This document shows positions 24,901-35,251 of a DNA stretch of 64,000 nt, in pieces. The stretch comes from an uncultured Rhodospirillales bacterium (GTDB lineage Bacteria > Pseudomonadota > Alphaproteobacteria > Acetobacterales > Acetobacteraceae). The DNA is taken from NCBI GenBank assembly GCA_903865895.1, contig CAIPLM010000249.1:3032-67031 (forward strand). Reading direction: 5' to 3'. Within the stretch, counting starts at the first letter, position 1. Each line of letters starts with the position of its first letter. Under the pieces are notes generated by a model. It was not told where the DNA came from, ran no database searches, and saw nothing but the letters and a program-made list of their open reading frames with translations. Both the position numbers and the translations under genes were made by a program.

Positions 24901-25971
24901 CTACCCTTCCACCACCTCAGGCGCCTCCCACGTCGTCCTGAACTCCCGGAACGTCGAAGGAATCTCCTTCAGCGCCGACAACACCCGCCGCCGCGTGTTG
25001 TCGCCATCCTCCGGCAGGAAATCGATCGAGACGGCGTCCGCGATGCCGCCAAACCGGTCGGCGATGGCGTTGGGCAGCTTGTCATATGTGGCGCGGGCGC
25101 AGAACAGGTCCAGCACGTCGTCATCCACCATCGCCGCCATCTTGTCCCACTCGCCGCGCCGCGAGGCCTCATGCAGCTTCACGCCGAGGTCGCTAAGCCC
25201 GTGAATATCGAACACCCCGCGATAGGCGGGGGTGGAGCCGTAGAAGGCGACGCGGTAACGGATTTTCTCCGAGGCCGCCTTCACCGCCGCATCGTCCGGC
25301 CCGGTGGCGATAAAGCCGCCGCCGGTGACCTCGAAGGCATCGAAGCTCTTGCCGCGCTTGGCAAGCTCCTCGCCCAGCAGCGGGCGCACCACCTGCTCGA
25401 CATATTTGCGGGTGGCAAAGCCATGCAGGCGGACACCGTCACAGTGGCGAGCCGCGGCCTTCTGCATTTCGGGGCCCACGGCGGCGATCATCAGCGGCAC
25501 CATGGGGAGTCCTGTCGGCTTGGGGGAGAATTCCGGGGTCATCAGAGTGAAGGTGTAGAACTTGCCCTTGAAGTTGAGCTTCTCGCCGGTCTCCCAGCAC
25601 CGCCAGATCGCCCGGAGCGCGCGGATATATTCGGACATGCGCGGCGCCGGCGAGATCCACGGCACGCTGAAGCGCCGCTCATTATGCGCCTTCACCTGGG
25701 TGCCGAGGCCGCAGACATAGCGGCCGCCGGAGGCGGCGTGCAGATCCCACGCCAGATTGGCGACGATCATTGGGCTGCGCGGGAAGGCGATGGCGACCGA
25801 GGTGGCGAGCTCCACCCGGCTGGTCGCCACCGCGGCCATGGCGAGCGGGATGAACGGATCATGCGCGAGTTCGGGTGTGGTCACGCCGTCGAACCCATCG
25901 GCTTCGGCGCGGGCGGCGGCGGGGCCGCATTGGCGCCAATCGGCATACGGCAGGCTGGTGTTGACGCGCAT
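24901..25971 (-). CDS. luciferase-like monooxygenase (LLM) class oxidoreductase
   Basis: Internal ATG at 25971 (MRVNTSLPYADW...). LLM/TIM-barrel family features are present (ELATSVAIAFPRSPM...LGLGTQVKAHNERRF...), resembling the 'probable F420-dependent' LLM subfamily. Confidence 0.8.
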   Translation of the reverse strand: MRVNTSLPYADWRQCGPAAARAEADGFDGVTTPELAHDPFIPLAMAAVATSRVELATSVAIAFPRSPMIVANLAWDLHAASGGRYVCGLGTQVKAHNERRFSVPWISPAPRMSEYIRALRAIWRCWETGEKLNFKGKFYTFTLMTPEFSPKPTGLPMVPLMIAAVGPEMQKAAARHCDGVRLHGFATRKYVEQVVRPLLGEELAKRGKSFDAFEVTGGGFIATGPDDAAVKAASEKIRYRVAFYGSTPAYRGVFDIHGLSDLGVKLHEASRRGEWDKMAAMVDDDVLDLFCARATYDKLPNAIADRFGGIADAVSIDFLPEDGDNTRRRVLSALKEIPSTFREFRTTWEAPEVVEG

Positions 25972-26026
25972 TGGCTGATCTCCCCGGGTTTCGTTGCCCG
26001 ATGTTCGCGCCTCCGCGCCCCGCTGT

Positions 26027-26845
26027 CTATCCGCCCGCGAGTGCCGCGCGCAGCTCAACCGCCTCGGCGCCGGCGATCAGTCCTTCACGGAGGAATAGAT
26101 CGATCAGCACCAGGTTGACGTTGAACTTGAACGCATCGGTATCGCGCACCGCCGCCAGCACGCGGGCGATCGGCCACAAGGCGAAGCCCTCCACCTCGCC
26201 GTCGGCAGGGATGGGGGTGAAGCTCTCGGGCAGCTCGATGTCGTAGCAATGCAGCACATCCCGGCGCAGGCCTTCCGGCCGCTCCATGGCGTAGGTGACG
26301 GTGCCGGTGAAGCGCGCGGTGGCGGCGAGTTCGGCGGGAACCGAGGCTTCCTCGGCCGCCTCCTTCACCCAGGTCTCGAAGGGCGTCATCCCCGCCGGCG
26401 TGCCACCGGCGACGATATGGTCGAGCTTGCCGGGGTCGAGCAGCTTGTTGGCGGCGCGCTTGGCCACCCAGAGATGCAACCCGTCGGTCCGGCGCACAAG
26501 GCCATTGGCGTGGATGCCCTCGGCCATCACGCCGAACACCGGCAAGGCGCCGCGATCGATGGTGGTGAGCACCGGGCCGCCCGGCTTGGCCCGCACGTCG
26601 AACGCCTCGCCGCGATCTCGCCCGAAGCCGCGCGCGGCCACCGCCCGGGCGATCGCCGGCAGGGCGGCGGGCTCATGCAGCGTCACGCCCGCCACATCTC
26701 GCGTGATCGCGGGGAAGCCGGCCAGAACATCGGCGAAGGCCGGGGTCACATAGCCAACCGTCATCCCGCTGACGCAAAAGGGGAGGCGGCCGCCCGGGAG
26801 CACGGCGGTATTGCAGGCGCGGATATGGCGGAGGAAGGGGGACAT
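26027..26845 (-). CDS. NUDIX hydrolase with N-terminal extension
   Basis: Nudix-box-like GGTPAGMTPFETWVKEAAEEASV in a 272-aa protein. Confidence 0.7.
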   Translation of the reverse strand: MSPFLRHIRACNTAVLPGGRLPFCVSGMTVGYVTPAFADVLAGFPAITRDVAGVTLHEPAALPAIARAVAARGFGRDRGEAFDVRAKPGGPVLTTIDRGALPVFGVMAEGIHANGLVRRTDGLHLWVAKRAANKLLDPGKLDHIVAGGTPAGMTPFETWVKEAAEEASVPAELAATARFTGTVTYAMERPEGLRRDVLHCYDIELPESFTPIPADGEVEGFALWPIARVLAAVRDTDAFKFNVNLVLIDLFLREGLIAGAEAVELRAALAGG

Positions 26846-26925
26846 GCGATGCGGTTAGCGCGTATCAGCCATCCCGCCAATCGCGCGCCTTTCATTGCAG
26901 CCGGGCGCGTGCCACATCCCGTGCC

Positions 26926-28782
26926 ATGAGAAGCATGGCCGCCCCTACCCAAGCCGCTCCCGCGGCCAAAACCAGCCCGACCGGTGTGAATGAGCGATCC
27001 GGGCTGCAAACGATCCTCTCCCTCCTCCCCTATCTATGGCCGCGCGGGGATATCGCCTCGCACACCCGTACGGTGATCGCGGTGGTGTTCCTGGTGGCGG
27101 CCAAGGCGACCAACGTGCTGGTGCCGCTCGCCTATGCCGCGGCGGTGGATGCGCTGACACCGAAGAACCTGCCGGGCGGCACCGCGCTGATCGTCATCCC
27201 CGCCGCGCTGATCCTCGGCTATGGGCTGCTGCGCGTCTCCGCCTCCTTCTTCGGCGAGATGCGCGACGCGATTTTCGCCTCCGTGCAACAGCGGGCGGCG
27301 CGCACCGTGGCGTTGGGCACGTTCAAGCACCTGCACGAGCTCTCACTGCGCTTCCATCTCGACCGCCAGACCGGCGGCCTGTCACGCGCCATCGAGCGCG
27401 GCACGGCGGGCATCCAGGTCGTGCTGCGGATGGCGATCTTCAACGTGCTGCCGACCCTGCTGGAAGTCGCCCTGGTGGTCGCCATCATCTGGACGATGTT
27501 CGACTGGCGCTTCGCGCTGACCACCGGCGTGGCCATCGCCGGCTACCTGACCTTCACCGTCACCTACTCGGCCTATCGCGTGCGCGTACGCCGCACCATG
27601 AACGAGAGCGACAGCGAGGCGCAGACCAAGGCGGTCGACAGCCTGCTGAATTACGAGACGGTGAAGTATTTCGGCAATGAGCGCCACGAGCAGGCGCGGT
27701 TCGATCTTGCGCTTGCCCGCTACGAGAAGGCCGCGGTGAAGAACCAGGTCTCGCTCAACATGCTGAACCTCGGCCAGGCCTGCATCATCGCAACGGGCCT
27801 CACAGTGGTGATGCTGCTCGCCGCCCAGGGGGTGCAGGATGGCAGCATGTCGGTCGGCCGGTTCGTCATGGTCAACACCTACCTGATGCAGATCTACCAG
27901 CCGCTCAACATGCTTGGCTTCGTCTATCGCGAGATCAAACAGGGCCTGATCGACATGGAGACGATGTTCCGCCTGATGGCCCTGCCGCAGGAAGTGGCGG
28001 ACAAGCCGAACGCGCGGGCGCTGACCGCGGTGCGCGGCGAGGTGGCGTTCGAGGCCGTGCGCTTCGCCTATAGGCCGGACCGCATTATCCTGCAGAACGT
28101 CACGTTCCGTGTCCCGCCCGGCAAATCGCTCGCCATCGTCGGCTCCACCGGGGCCGGCAAATCCACCATCTCCCGCCTGCTGTTCCGCTTCTATGACGTG
28201 ACCGGCGGGCGGGTGACGATCGACGGTCAGGACATCCGCGACATCACCCAGGACAGCCTGCGCGCGACGATCGGCGTGGTGCCGCAGGATACCGTGCTGT
28301 TCAACGACACCATCCGCTACAACATCGCCTATGGCCGCCCCGGCGCCACCCAGGCGGAGATCGAGGCGGCGGCGAAAATGGCGCAGGTGCATGATTTCGT
28401 GCTCCGCCTGCCCGATGGCTATGACACGCGAGTGGGCGAGCGCGGCCTGAAACTCTCCGGCGGCGAGAAGCAGCGCGTCGCGATCGCCCGCACCATCCTG
28501 AAAAACCCGCCGATCCTGATCCTCGACGAAGCCACCAGCGCGCTCGACACCCGCACCGAGCAGGACATCCAGACCGCACTCCGCGAACTCGCCGCCCATC
28601 GCACCACGATCACCATCGCCCACCGCCTCTCCACCGTGGTCGATGCCGACGAGATCATCGTGCTGGACCTTGGCAAGGTTGCCGAACGCGGCACCCACGG
28701 CGAGCTGCTCGCCCAAGGTGGCCTCTACGCCCGCATGTGGGCGATGCAGGCCGAGGCAACCGAGCTGGTGCCTGCGAAGTAG
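26926..28782 (+). CDS. ABC exporter, Atm1/ABCB7-like (fused permease-ATPase)
   Basis: N-terminal LLPYLWPRGD motif region and a six-helix exporter core. Walker A GSTGAGKST, signature LSGGEKQR, Walker B ILILDEATSALD. Confidence 0.9.
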   Translation: MRSMAAPTQAAPAAKTSPTGVNERSGLQTILSLLPYLWPRGDIASHTRTVIAVVFLVAAKATNVLVPLAYAAAVDALTPKNLPGGTALIVIPAALILGYGLLRVSASFFGEMRDAIFASVQQRAARTVALGTFKHLHELSLRFHLDRQTGGLSRAIERGTAGIQVVLRMAIFNVLPTLLEVALVVAIIWTMFDWRFALTTGVAIAGYLTFTVTYSAYRVRVRRTMNESDSEAQTKAVDSLLNYETVKYFGNERHEQARFDLALARYEKAAVKNQVSLNMLNLGQACIIATGLTVVMLLAAQGVQDGSMSVGRFVMVNTYLMQIYQPLNMLGFVYREIKQGLIDMETMFRLMALPQEVADKPNARALTAVRGEVAFEAVRFAYRPDRIILQNVTFRVPPGKSLAIVGSTGAGKSTISRLLFRFYDVTGGRVTIDGQDIRDITQDSLRATIGVVPQDTVLFNDTIRYNIAYGRPGATQAEIEAAAKMAQVHDFVLRLPDGYDTRVGERGLKLSGGEKQRVAIARTILKNPPILILDEATSALDTRTEQDIQTALRELAAHRTTITIAHRLSTVVDADEIIVLDLGKVAERGTHGELLAQGGLYARMWAMQAEATELVPAK

Positions 28783-28810
28783 CGGCGCCCAACGAATTAA
28801 GGACTGCCCC

Positions 28811-29533
28811 ATGCCGGCCTGGAAGGTTCACGAACTCGCCCCCGCCGCCCGCTTCCGCGTCGTGCGCGACATGGCGCCACTCCCCGCCGCGCTCGATACC
28901 GAGGTGAGCCGCCTGTGGGACGAAGCCCAGCTTCGCACCGGCGGCAAGCTGTTCAACGGCCAGGTGTTCAGCGCCGACGTCATCACGCCGCACCTCGTCT
29001 GCGGCCACTGGACGGAGTTCCGCCGCATCGTCGCGCAAATGAACCGGCATGACCTGTTCTCGATCATCGGCGCCCGCCCCCTCGCGGTCGGCGGCGTGAT
29101 CAGCGGGCCGGATGGCGTGATCTTCGGCCGCCGCCCCGCCCGCGCGGTCTATCAGGCCGGCGAATGGCAACTCCCCCCCGCCGGCAGCGTCGACCACGGC
29201 GCCGCCCGCGCGGAAGGCGCCGTTGACGTCGTCTTCCAGTTCCTCGTCGAACTCGCCGAGGAGCTCGGGCTCGGCGAGGATGACGTGCACAACCCCACGC
29301 CGCTCTGCATCGTCGAGCACGCCGGCAGCCATGTGCTGGACCTCGGCATCGCCGCCACCACGCCGCTCTCCGCCGCGGCGATCCGCGCCAAACACCAGGC
29401 CGGCGGCAACGCCGAATATGACCCGCTGGCCTTCATTGGGCGTGCCGATCTCCCGGCGTTCATCGCCGAAGGCGGCGCGCTGATGAACCTCCAGGCGCCA
29501 ATCTTCCTCCGCCGCGCCGGTCTCCTGCCGTAG
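28811..29533 (+). CDS. Nudix-fold-like hypothetical protein
   Basis: Internal ATG at 28811 (MPAWKVHELAPA...), 240 aa. Degenerate Nudix-like segment: GEWQLPPAGSVDHG...VVFQFLVELAEELGL. Confidence 0.55.
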   Translation: MPAWKVHELAPAARFRVVRDMAPLPAALDTEVSRLWDEAQLRTGGKLFNGQVFSADVITPHLVCGHWTEFRRIVAQMNRHDLFSIIGARPLAVGGVISGPDGVIFGRRPARAVYQAGEWQLPPAGSVDHGAARAEGAVDVVFQFLVELAEELGLGEDDVHNPTPLCIVEHAGSHVLDLGIAATTPLSAAAIRAKHQAGGNAEYDPLAFIGRADLPAFIAEGGALMNLQAPIFLRRAGLLP

Positions 29534-29579
29534 CGCCGCCCTGCCGACCGCATTGAACCATGCAGTCGGCGGGCGCGTA

Positions 29580-31643
29580 TCAGCGGTTCAGCGAGGCGAA
29601 GCTGCGGCCGGAGTCCGCGAGTTCCACCAGCAGCGGCGCCGGCGCGAAGTCCGGCCCGTCATTGCCCATGCGGCGGACGGTCTCGAGGATGGTCTTGAGC
29701 CCGACCTGATCGGCCGCATGCATCGGCCCGCCGCGCCAGGCCGGGAAGCCATAGCCGTGCACCAGCACGACGTCGATGTCGGACGGGCGTTGGGCGATGC
29801 CCTCGGCGAGGATTTTGGCGGCCTCGTTGACCATGGCGGCGAGCGCGCGGGCCTGGATCTCCTCCGCCGCGATGGGGCGGCGGGTGATGCCCTTGGCGGA
29901 AGAGGCGCGTTCGACGAGCTGGTGCACCAGCGGGTCAACGGCCCGCCGCCCGCCATCATGGCGATACCAGCCAGCCCCGGTCTTCTGGCCGTAGCGGCCC
30001 TGTTCCACCAGCCAGTCGATGATCGGCACGTCGCGCGCGCGCGGATCCCTGGTCGGAGCGGTGCGCTTGCGCCCGGCGGCGGCGATGTCGAGGCCGGCGA
30101 GGTCGGCCACCGCGTAGGGGCCCATGGCGAAGCCGTAACCCTCGATCGCGGCGTCCACCTCCTCGGGGAAGGCGCCGTCCTCCAGCGCGTAGTCGCATTG
30201 GCCCCACCAGCGGGCGAGGATGCGGTTGCCGATGAACCCGTCGCACACGCCGGAGATCACCGGCTGCTTGCGCATGCGCCCGGCGATGGCGAGCGCGGTG
30301 GCGATCACCTCGGGCGCGGTCCGATCCGCCCGCACGATTTCGAGCAGCCGCATCACATGGGCGGGGCTGAAGAAATGCAGCCCCACCACCCGCTCGGGCG
30401 CCTCGACCACATCGGCGAGGCGGTTGATGTCGAGTGCGGAGGTGTTGGAGGCGAGGATGCAGTCGCGCTTGGTGTGGGTGGACAGCGCGCGGAAGACCTC
30501 CTGCTTGGCCTCCATGTTCTCATAGACCGCCTCGATCACCATGTCGGCATCCGCCATCCGCTCGTAGCGGTAGGTATAGGCGAGGCGGCGCAACCGGGAC
30601 TCCATGGCAGCCTGGGTGAGGCGGCCGGCGCCGTAGTGGCGGGCGTGCACCGCGCGGATGCGCGCCTCAGCGCCGGCGGCCGCGGTGAGCGAGGTTTCCA
30701 GGATGGTCACCTGATAACCCGCTTCCAGCAGCGACAGTGCGATGCCGGAGCCCATGGTGCCGCCGCCGATCACGCCGACATGCTTGATCGGCCAGGCCGC
30801 CCCCGCATCGGCGGGCGCACGCGCGGCCGCGCGATCGGCGTGCATGATGTGCAGCAGGGCCGTGCTCTGCGGCCCACCGCGCAATTCGGCCGCCCGCCCG
30901 CGGGTCTTGGCGTCGGCCTCCGCGAAGGGGAGATCGAGCGCCCAGCCGAGCGCCTCGACGACCGCAACCGGGGCCACGGCGCCGCGCGCGCGCCGGGCGA
31001 TGGCGCGAGCGGCCGTGTCGAACGCGGCCCGATCGATCACCGGGAGGTCAAGCTTGCTGGTTACCGGCCAGTGCCCGGCTTCGGCCAGTGCCGCAGCGCG
31101 GGCGATCGCCTGCTGGCGCCAATCGGTCGCCACCTCGTCGGCGAGGCCGAGCTTGATCGCCTCGTCGGCGGCAAGCGACCGGCCAGAGGTCGCGATATCG
31201 AGGGCTGCGGTGGCGCCGGCGAGGCGCACGAGCCGGGCCAACCCACCAGAGACCATGCCGATGCGCGCTTCCGGCAACCCGGCGGTGGCATCGGGCGCCA
31301 TCACCCGGCCATGGCAGGCGATCGCGAGGTCGAGCCCCTCGCCAAGGCAGGCCCCGTGCAGGGCGGCGACCACCGGCTTGGCCGCGCCATCGAGCAGGTC
31401 ACACAGGGCAGCGAGCCCCGGCGCAGCTTCGGGCGCGGCGAGCTCGGCCATGTCGGAACCGGCGATGAAGCCCCGCCCGGCGCCGGCCAGCACCACGGCA
31501 TGGACGCCGCTGTCGCCAAGGGCTTCCCGCAGCGCCGCCAGCAGCGCCACGCGAACTTGGTGTGAGAGCGCGTTGTGCGGCGCGTGGTCGATCTCCACCA
31601 CCGCGACCTTGCCGTGCCGCTCGGTATGCACCGGGGATGCCAT
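29580..31643 (-). CDS. bifunctional enoyl-CoA hydratase / 3-hydroxyacyl-CoA dehydrogenase (FadB/FadJ-like)
   Basis: N-terminal crotonase fold (VAVVEIDHAPHNAL...LAGAGRGFIAGSDM). Central NAD-binding GVIGGGTMGSGIA, and C-terminal 3HCDH domains. 687 aa. Confidence 0.9.
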   Translation of the reverse strand: MASPVHTERHGKVAVVEIDHAPHNALSHQVRVALLAALREALGDSGVHAVVLAGAGRGFIAGSDMAELAAPEAAPGLAALCDLLDGAAKPVVAALHGACLGEGLDLAIACHGRVMAPDATAGLPEARIGMVSGGLARLVRLAGATAALDIATSGRSLAADEAIKLGLADEVATDWRQQAIARAAALAEAGHWPVTSKLDLPVIDRAAFDTAARAIARRARGAVAPVAVVEALGWALDLPFAEADAKTRGRAAELRGGPQSTALLHIMHADRAAARAPADAGAAWPIKHVGVIGGGTMGSGIALSLLEAGYQVTILETSLTAAAGAEARIRAVHARHYGAGRLTQAAMESRLRRLAYTYRYERMADADMVIEAVYENMEAKQEVFRALSTHTKRDCILASNTSALDINRLADVVEAPERVVGLHFFSPAHVMRLLEIVRADRTAPEVIATALAIAGRMRKQPVISGVCDGFIGNRILARWWGQCDYALEDGAFPEEVDAAIEGYGFAMGPYAVADLAGLDIAAAGRKRTAPTRDPRARDVPIIDWLVEQGRYGQKTGAGWYRHDGGRRAVDPLVHQLVERASSAKGITRRPIAAEEIQARALAAMVNEAAKILAEGIAQRPSDIDVVLVHGYGFPAWRGGPMHAADQVGLKTILETVRRMGNDGPDFAPAPLLVELADSGRSFASLNR

Positions 31644-31722
31644 GGATTTTTCTCCCTTAGCTTAAATGTTCTGCTGCATAGGCCCGCCAGCGGGCGAAAG
31701 GCAACGCCTGCGGTGCGGACAC

Positions 31723-31754
31723 GAAAACGCGCCGGCTCCCTGCGGAACCGGCGC
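31723..31754 (-). terminator. probable Rho-independent terminator of the binding-protein gene
   Basis: On the minus strand: GCGCCGG-ttccgcagggag-CCGGCGC followed by GTTTTCG, 22 nt after the stop at 31777. Confidence 0.5.
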
Positions 31755-31776
31755 GCCAATCGTCAGCCCGCGCGGA

Positions 31777-33360
31777 TCAGGCCTTCATCCAGGCCTTGTC
31801 GAGCACGCGGCCGTTGTCGAGGTCGAAGCCGTTATGCGGCGTGATGCCGCCGACCTTCTTGCTGTGCGCGGAGAGGTAGTCGCGGAAGCCCGGCACGATC
31901 ACGCCGCCTTCCTTGCTCAGCATCTCCTGCATGTCCCAGATATAGGTCTTGCGCTTGTTGAAGTCGGTCTCGGCGCGGGCATCGGCCAGCAGCTTGTCGA
32001 ACTTCGGCACGTTCCAGTGGCTCTCGTTCCACGGCGCGCCGCCCTTGTAGGCCACGCCGAGCATCTGCGTCGCCGCCGGACGGCCACCCCAGTAGGAGGT
32101 GACGAACTGGCCCTTCAGCCACACATTGTCCCAGAACCCGTCCACCGGCTCCTTCTTGAGGTCGACCTTCACGCCCGCCTTGGCGGCCGAGGCCTGGAAG
32201 AGGGTGCACATGTCGACCGCGCCGGCGAAAGCGGCGTCGGAGGCCTGGAGGTTGATCTTCGCGTCGGCCATGCCGGCCTTCTTGAAGTGGAACTTCGCCT
32301 TGTCCGGATCGTATTTGATCTGCGGCAGCTGCTTGTGGAAGAACGGATCGCCCTTGGGGATCGGGTGATCATTGCCCACCGAGCCATAGCCGGCGAACAG
32401 CGTCTTGGTGATCTGCTCGCGGTCGATCGCGTATTTCAGCGCGAGGCGCATATCGAGGTTGTTGTAGGGCGCCACGTCGGTCTGCATCGCCAGCACCGGG
32501 TGCCAGCCGCCCGGCGAACGCGAGGTCTCGATATTGGCGTTCTTGGCCAGCAGCGAGACGGTGCGCGGGTCGCAGCGGTTCATCAGGTCGATCTGGCCGG
32601 AGATCAGCGCATTCATGCGCGCCGAGCCGTCGGCCACCACGGTGATCTCGAAGCTGTCGAGCCAGCCGTGGTTCTTCTTCCAGTAGTTGGGGTTGCGCTT
32701 GCCGGAGACGCGCACGCCGGGCTGGAAGGTGTCGAGCACGAAGGCGCCGGTGCCCACGGGCTTGGACCAGTCGGTGTGGCCGTTCGGCACTACGATCAGG
32801 TGGTAGTCGGTGATCACCTGCAGGAAGTCGGCGTCGCCGCCCTCAAGCTCGATCGAGATCTGGTTGGCGGTGAGCTTCTTGATGTCCTTGATCGCCTTCA
32901 TCGGACCCGCGGCGCCGGACTTGGTTTTGCCGCGGTGCAGGTTGAAGGAGTAGATCGCGTCATCGGCATCGAAGGTCTTGCCGTTGGAGAACTGGATGCC
33001 CTTGCGCAGGTTGAGGATCCACTCGGCCGCGCCCTTGCGCACTTCGTAGCTCTCGGCCAGCTCGGGGATCGGCTTGTTCTCGGGGTCGTTTTCCATCAGC
33101 CCGTTGAACAGGCCGTAGGCGGCGACGATCATCACCGAATCGGTCCAGCTGCCGGGGTCGATGCTGTCGGTGGTGCTGCCGCCGGCCATGCCGAGGCGGA
33201 GATGGCCGCCCTTGCGCGGCGCGTCGGCGGCGGCAGCGATCTGCGGCACGCCCGCCAGAGTCGCGGCGCCAATGCCCAGCGCCGTGGCGCGGCCGATGAA
33301 GTCACGCCGGGAAATGCTCCCGAGCGCCAGGCGCAGCTTGAGATCGTCGAACTCGGTCAT
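31777..33360 (-). CDS. ABC transporter substrate-binding protein, family 5 (peptide/nickel type), Tat signal
   Basis: N-terminal SRRDFIGRATALGIGAATLAG...AAA twin-arginine signal. SBP_bac_5-like body. No cognate permease or ATPase genes are adjacent. Confidence 0.9.
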   Translation of the reverse strand: MTEFDDLKLRLALGSISRRDFIGRATALGIGAATLAGVPQIAAAADAPRKGGHLRLGMAGGSTTDSIDPGSWTDSVMIVAAYGLFNGLMENDPENKPIPELAESYEVRKGAAEWILNLRKGIQFSNGKTFDADDAIYSFNLHRGKTKSGAAGPMKAIKDIKKLTANQISIELEGGDADFLQVITDYHLIVVPNGHTDWSKPVGTGAFVLDTFQPGVRVSGKRNPNYWKKNHGWLDSFEITVVADGSARMNALISGQIDLMNRCDPRTVSLLAKNANIETSRSPGGWHPVLAMQTDVAPYNNLDMRLALKYAIDREQITKTLFAGYGSVGNDHPIPKGDPFFHKQLPQIKYDPDKAKFHFKKAGMADAKINLQASDAAFAGAVDMCTLFQASAAKAGVKVDLKKEPVDGFWDNVWLKGQFVTSYWGGRPAATQMLGVAYKGGAPWNESHWNVPKFDKLLADARAETDFNKRKTYIWDMQEMLSKEGGVIVPGFRDYLSAHSKKVGGITPHNGFDLDNGRVLDKAWMKA

Positions 33361-33469
33361 ACGCTAGTCTCCCTGGATGGTTGTTCTGCCGCCCGCACGG
33401 CGCGGGCATCGTCGCTCAACTCTGGATCGCTCTTTCGCACGCGCCCGCTTCGCTTACAATCGTTCCGCC

Positions 33470-34255
33470 TCACCCGTGGCCGATATAGTCGGTCCGCCCG
33501 CCATCCACCGTCAGCACCTGCGCGGTGATGAAGCCGGCTTCCGGGGCAGCGAGGAAGGCCACCGCATTGGCGATCTCTTCCGGTTCGCCGACGCGCCCCA
33601 TGATGGCGAGCTTGCTGAAGCTCGCCACCAGCGCCTGCCACTCCGCGTCACTGCGCTTGCCCTGCGTCATGTCCGAGCGGGTGAGGCCGGGGGCCACCGC
33701 GTTGACGGTGATGCCATGCGGGCCGAGCTCGATGGCAAAGCGGCGGGTAAGGATGTTCACCTCGGCCTTGGTGGCAGCGTAGAAATGGTTGCCGACGAAG
33801 CCGGTATTGCCGTGCCCGGCCACCGAGGAGATGTTCACCACCCGCCCGAAGCCGCGCGCCTTCATGCCGCCCATCACGGCGCGGATGGTGTGGATCATCG
33901 CGTCCACATTCACCGCGCGCAGCCTTGCGTAACCCGCGGGCTCCCAGGTCTCGAGCGTCGCCGGCCAGCCGATGCCGGCGTTGTTCACGAGGATGCTGAT
34001 CGGGCCGAGTTCGGCCTCGGTGCGCGAGACCATCGCATTCACCGCCGCCGCATCGGCGACATCGGCGCCTACCGCGATGGCGCGGCCGCCGGCGGCGCGG
34101 ATCTCATCGGCGAGTGCGGCGGCCTTCTCGGGCGAGGCCGAGTAGTTGATCGCCACCGCCGCGCCCTGCGCCACGAACCGCTGCACCGTGGCCCGCCCGA
34201 TCCCGCGCGCGCCACCCGTCACCAGCGCCACCTGGTCCGCCCACTGCTTCGTCAT
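33470..34255 (-). CDS. SDR-family oxidoreductase (FabG-like)
   Basis: TGGARGIGRA cofactor motif, NNAG, and catalytic YAATKAE. Confidence 0.9.
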   Translation of the reverse strand: MTKQWADQVALVTGGARGIGRATVQRFVAQGAAVAINYSASPEKAAALADEIRAAGGRAIAVGADVADAAAVNAMVSRTEAELGPISILVNNAGIGWPATLETWEPAGYARLRAVNVDAMIHTIRAVMGGMKARGFGRVVNISSVAGHGNTGFVGNHFYAATKAEVNILTRRFAIELGPHGITVNAVAPGLTRSDMTQGKRSDAEWQALVASFSKLAIMGRVGEPEEIANAVAFLAAPEAGFITAQVLTVDGGRTDYIGHG

Positions 34256-34269
34256 TGTCCGCTCCCTTT

Positions 34270-35229
34270 TCAGCCCCAGACCGCTTCCGCGACCCGCATG
34301 AAATTGCCGCCGAGGATGGCCCGCAGATCAGCCTCGCCGTAGCCCAGGCGCAGCAGCCCCTCGGTGATCTCGCCCAGCCGCTCCGGCGGCAGGAAGGTGA
34401 AGCTGCCCTGGTAGTGCTCGGGCGGCCAGAACCGCATGCCGCCGGCCGAGGCGCTGGTCTCCCAGGTATAGTCGAGCCCAAGCCCGACATGCGCGGCGCC
34501 GACCGTCTGCACGGCGACATCCACCGCGCGCACGAAGGTCTCGGGCCGGGCCGCGGGGTCATCGAGGAAGCGGCCGACGCCGGTGATGCCGATCACGCCC
34601 CCGGTCGCCGCGCAGGCGCGCATCTGCTCGGCATCGACGTTGCGGGGATGCAGGGCGATGGCGGTAGGTACGCAATGCGAAAACACCACGGGGGCGGCCG
34701 AGTGGGCGATGAGGTCGAGGCTGGTGCGGCGTCCGACATGGCAGCAATCCACCAGCATCCCCACGCCATTCATCGCCGCCAGAATGGCGCGGCCATAGGC
34801 GGTCAGCCCGTGATCGTCATCATGGCAACCACCGGCGGCGGCGTTATTGAGGTTGTAGGCGAACAGCGCCTGGCGCACGCCGAGCCGGTGATAGGCCTCG
34901 ATCATCTCGACCTGCCCGCCCAGCGCCTCCATCCCCTCGATATCGAAGGCGACGCCGAGCTTGCCAGCAGCCTTGGCGGCGCGGATATCGCCGGCGCGCT
35001 CCACCAGCACGTAGCGATCGGGATTGGCCTGGATATAGCCACGGAACGCCGCGAGGTTGCGCACCGCGGCGGGGAAGGGCAGCACGTCGAAGCCGACATT
35101 CACCGAGAGGAAGGACACCCCGGCATGCCGCCAGCGCGCCAGCACCGCAAGGTCCATCTCGGCACGCGGCCAGAACCCGGCATGGGCGTCATAGACGATG
35201 GCATCGCGGAGCAGGGCGGCGGCGTCCAT
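34270..35229 (-). CDS. membrane dipeptidase family (peptidase M19)
   Basis: Internal ATG at 35229 (MDAAALLRDAIVYDAHAG...). ...SHCVPTAIALHPRNVDAEQMRACAATGGVIGITG... is typical of M19. Confidence 0.85.
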   Translation of the reverse strand: MDAAALLRDAIVYDAHAGFWPRAEMDLAVLARWRHAGVSFLSVNVGFDVLPFPAAVRNLAAFRGYIQANPDRYVLVERAGDIRAAKAAGKLGVAFDIEGMEALGGQVEMIEAYHRLGVRQALFAYNLNNAAAGGCHDDDHGLTAYGRAILAAMNGVGMLVDCCHVGRRTSLDLIAHSAAPVVFSHCVPTAIALHPRNVDAEQMRACAATGGVIGITGVGRFLDDPAARPETFVRAVDVAVQTVGAAHVGLGLDYTWETSASAGGMRFWPPEHYQGSFTFLPPERLGEITEGLLRLGYGEADLRAILGGNFMRVAEAVWG

Positions 35230-35251
35230 GTCCCGTCCCCCGCGCGCGGCG

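Noticed and set aside
29553-33528. Long plus-strand ORFs 29553..31565 (670 aa) and 31666..33528 (620 aa)
   Set aside because: They are antisense to the FadB-like and substrate-binding-protein genes, both of which have clear family signatures. The translations are low-complexity.
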